Below are positions 61,801 through 64,000 of a DNA stretch of 64,000 nucleotides, one piece after another. The notes beneath the pieces were generated by a model. It saw only the letters and a program-made list of their open reading frames with translations, did not search any database and was not told the origin of the DNA. Position numbers and translations under genes: made by a program. The DNA comes from Eledone cirrhosa. Taxonomy: Eukaryota. Every line of letters starts with the position of its first letter. Position 1 is the stretch's first letter. The stretch is from NCBI GenBank assembly GCA_964016885.1, contig OZ024743.1:208878001-208942000 (forward strand), written 5' to 3'.

Positions 61801-64000
61801 TATACCACAGTTTACCATCCTATAGCCACACATGGAAGCTCTTCACTCCATGAGATATACCACAGTTTACCATCCTATAGCCACACATGAAAGCTCTTCA
61901 CCCCATAAGATATACCACAGTTTACCATCCTATAGCCACATGAAAGCTCTTCACTGCATAAGATATACCACACTTTACCATCCTATAGCCACACATGAAA
62001 GCTCTTCACTCCATAAGATATACCGCAGTTTACCATCCTATAGCCACAGATGAAAGCTCTTCACTCCATAAGATATACCACAGTTTACCATCCTATAGCC
62101 ACACATGAAAGCTCCTCACTCCATAGGATATACCGCAGTTTACCATCCTATAGCCACACATGAAAGCTCTACACTCCATAAGATATACCACAATTTACCA
62201 CCTTATAGCCACAGATGAAAGCTCTTCACTCCATAAGATATACCACAGTTTACCATCCTATAGCCACACATGAGAGCTCTTCACTCCATAAGATATACCG
62301 CAGTTTACCATCCTATAGCCACACATGTAAGCTCTTCACTCCATAAGATATACCACAGTTTAGCATTCTATAGCCACAGATGAAAGCTCTTCACTCCATA
62401 ACATATACCACAGTTTACCATTCTATAGGCATACATTAGAGCTCTTCACTCCATAAGATATACCACAGGTTACAATCCTATAGCCACACATGAAAGCTCT
62501 ACACTCCATAAGATATACCACAGTTTACCATCCTATAGCCAGATGAAAGCTTTTCACTCCATAAGATATACCACAGTTTACCATCCTATAGCCACACATG
62601 AAAGATCTTCACTCCATAAGATATACCACAGTTCACCATCCTATAGCCACACATGAAAGCTCTTCACTCCATAAGATATACCACAGTTTACCATCCTATA
62701 GCCACAGATGGAAGCTCTTCACTCCATAAGATATACCACAGTTTACTATCCTATAGTCACAGATGAAAGCTCTTCACTCCATAAGATATACCACAGTTTA
62801 CCATCCTATGTCCACAGATGAAAGCTCTTCACTCCATAAGATATACCACAGTTTACCATCCTATAGCCACACATGAAAGCTCTTCACTCCATAAGATATA
62901 CCACAGTTTACCATCCTATAGCCACATATGAAAGCTCTTCACTCCATAAGATATACCACAGTTTACCATCCTATAGCCACACATGAAAGCTCTTCACTCC
63001 ATGAGATATACCACAGTTTAACATCCTATCGCCACAGATGAAAGCTCTTCACTCCATAAGATATACCACAGTTTACCATCCTATAGCCAGATGAAAGCTC
63101 TTCACTCCATAAGATATACCACAGTTTACCATCCTATAGCCACAGATGAAAGCTCTTCACTCCATAAGATATACCACAGTTTACCATCCTATAGCCACGC
63201 CAAGGATTAAAGCTCTTCACTCCATAAGATATACCACAGTCTACCATCCTATAGCCACAGATGAAAGCTCTTCACTCCATAAAATATACCACAATTTACC
63301 ATCCTATAGCCACACATGAAAGCTCTTCACTCCATAATATATACCACAGTTTACCATCCTATAGCCACACATGGAAGCTCTTCACTCCATGAGATATACC
63401 ACAGTTTACCATCCTATAGCCACACATGAAAGCTCTTCACTCCATAAGATATACCACAGTTTACCATCCTATAGCCAGATGAAAGCTCTTCACTCCATAA
63501 GATATACCACAGTTTACCATCCTATAGCCACACATGAAATCTCTTCACTCCATAAGATATAACACAGTTTACCATCCTATGGCCACACATGAAAGCTCTT
63601 CACTCAATAAGATATACCACTGTTTACCATCCTATAGCCACACATGAAAGCTCTTCACTCCATAAGATATACCACAGTTTACCATCCTATAGCCAGATGA
63701 AAGCTTATCACTCCATATGATATACCACAGTTTACCATCCTATAGCCACACATGAAAGATCTTCACTCCATAACATATACCACAGTTCACCATCCTATAG
63801 CCACACATGAAAGCTCTTCACTCCATAAGAAATACCACAGTTTACCATCCTATAGCCACAGATGAAAGCTCTTCCCTCCATAAGATATACCACAGTTTAC
63901 CATCCTATAGCCACACATGAAAACTCTTCACTCCATAAGATATACCACAGTTTATCATCCAAGAGCCACACTTGAAAGCTCTTCTCTCCATAAGATATAC
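58890..64000. repeat. Higher-order tandem duplication, period 2580 bp (47 monomers), second copy reaching the window end
   Basis: Lines 58921 and 61501 onward are nearly identical, sharing ctacactccataaaat, tagcattcta, ataggcatacattaga and gccacgccaagg. The length fits 47x55 - 5x2 (five 53-mers) + 5 (one 60-mer) = 2580. Confidence 0.93.

Larger units (their letters stand above)
1..64000. repeat. Tandem satellite DNA array, 55-bp consensus monomer with a frequent 53-bp variant, about 1,170 copies in one orientation, running off both window ends
   Basis: The unit ATGAAAGCTCTTCACTCCATAAGATATACCACAGTTTACCATCCTATAGCCACA(C/G) recurs continuously from the first to the last base, typically with 0-3 substitutions per copy. 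The 53-bp form ends ...TATAGCCAG. Consensus composition is A19 C17 T14 G5 (40% GC). Confidence 0.99.

Noticed and set aside
138-63562. Dozens of 63-90 aa ORFs (MKALHSIRYTTVYHPIATHESSSLHKIYHSLPSYS...)
   Set aside because: They are translations of the satellite. A 55+53 = 108-bp pair keeps the frame away from the stop-containing phase, so ORFs appear wherever a 53-mer falls. Frameshifting length variants are common and there is no gene context.
1-64000. CRISPR array or other repeat-spacer array
   Set aside because: There are no unique spacers, since the variable part is only a few bases at the junction. No leader or cas genes are present.
1-64000. Hammerhead-ribozyme or retrozyme satellite, suggested by CAGATGA and GAAA
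   Set aside because: The conserved CUGANGA core is absent from the consensus on both strands. GAAA overlaps the GATGA rather than following a stem II, and I see no three-way helical pairing. A lone cctgatga near 57224 is a single substitution.
1-64000. Transcription-factor motifs per monomer (ACCACA RUNX-like, TATA, and GAAnnTTC in the aaagttc variant)
   Set aside because: Motifs of 4-8 bp are expected by chance, and the sequence gives no evidence of function.
1-64000. Canonical telomerase repeat, or a tRNA, 5S or spliced-leader tandem gene array
   Set aside because: There are no TTAGGG-like units, and inherited multi-kilobase variant patterns indicate recombinational copying rather than templated synthesis. 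The unit shows no cloverleaf, Pol III boxes or recognisable SL/Sm features.

Overview
The whole 64 kb window is one uninterrupted, head-to-tail tandem satellite array of about 1,170 monomers. The consensus monomer is 55 bp (ATGAAAGCTCTTCACTCCATAAGATATACCACAGTTTACCATCCTATAGCCACA[C/G]), with a common 53-bp variant and rare 52/54/56/60-bp variants. I saw no gene, RNA gene, transposon, CRISPR spacer or unique sequence, and all ORFs in the track are translation artefacts of the repeat. The informative structure lies in the monomer variants, which record overlapping tandem duplications (about 0.16, 1.4, 1.5, 1.6, 2.6, 2.9, 3.8, 4.2 and 5.9 kb), an older irregular cassette of about 1.2-2.2 kb, and a change in variant composition near 41-42 kb. 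The monomer itself appears to derive from a shorter duplicated sub-unit. The organisation suggests eukaryotic heterochromatic (centromeric, pericentromeric or subtelomeric) satellite DNA, but I cannot identify the organism or satellite family. I found no support for a new protein- or RNA-coding system. Block boundaries were estimated by eye and are accurate to about 1-2 monomers.
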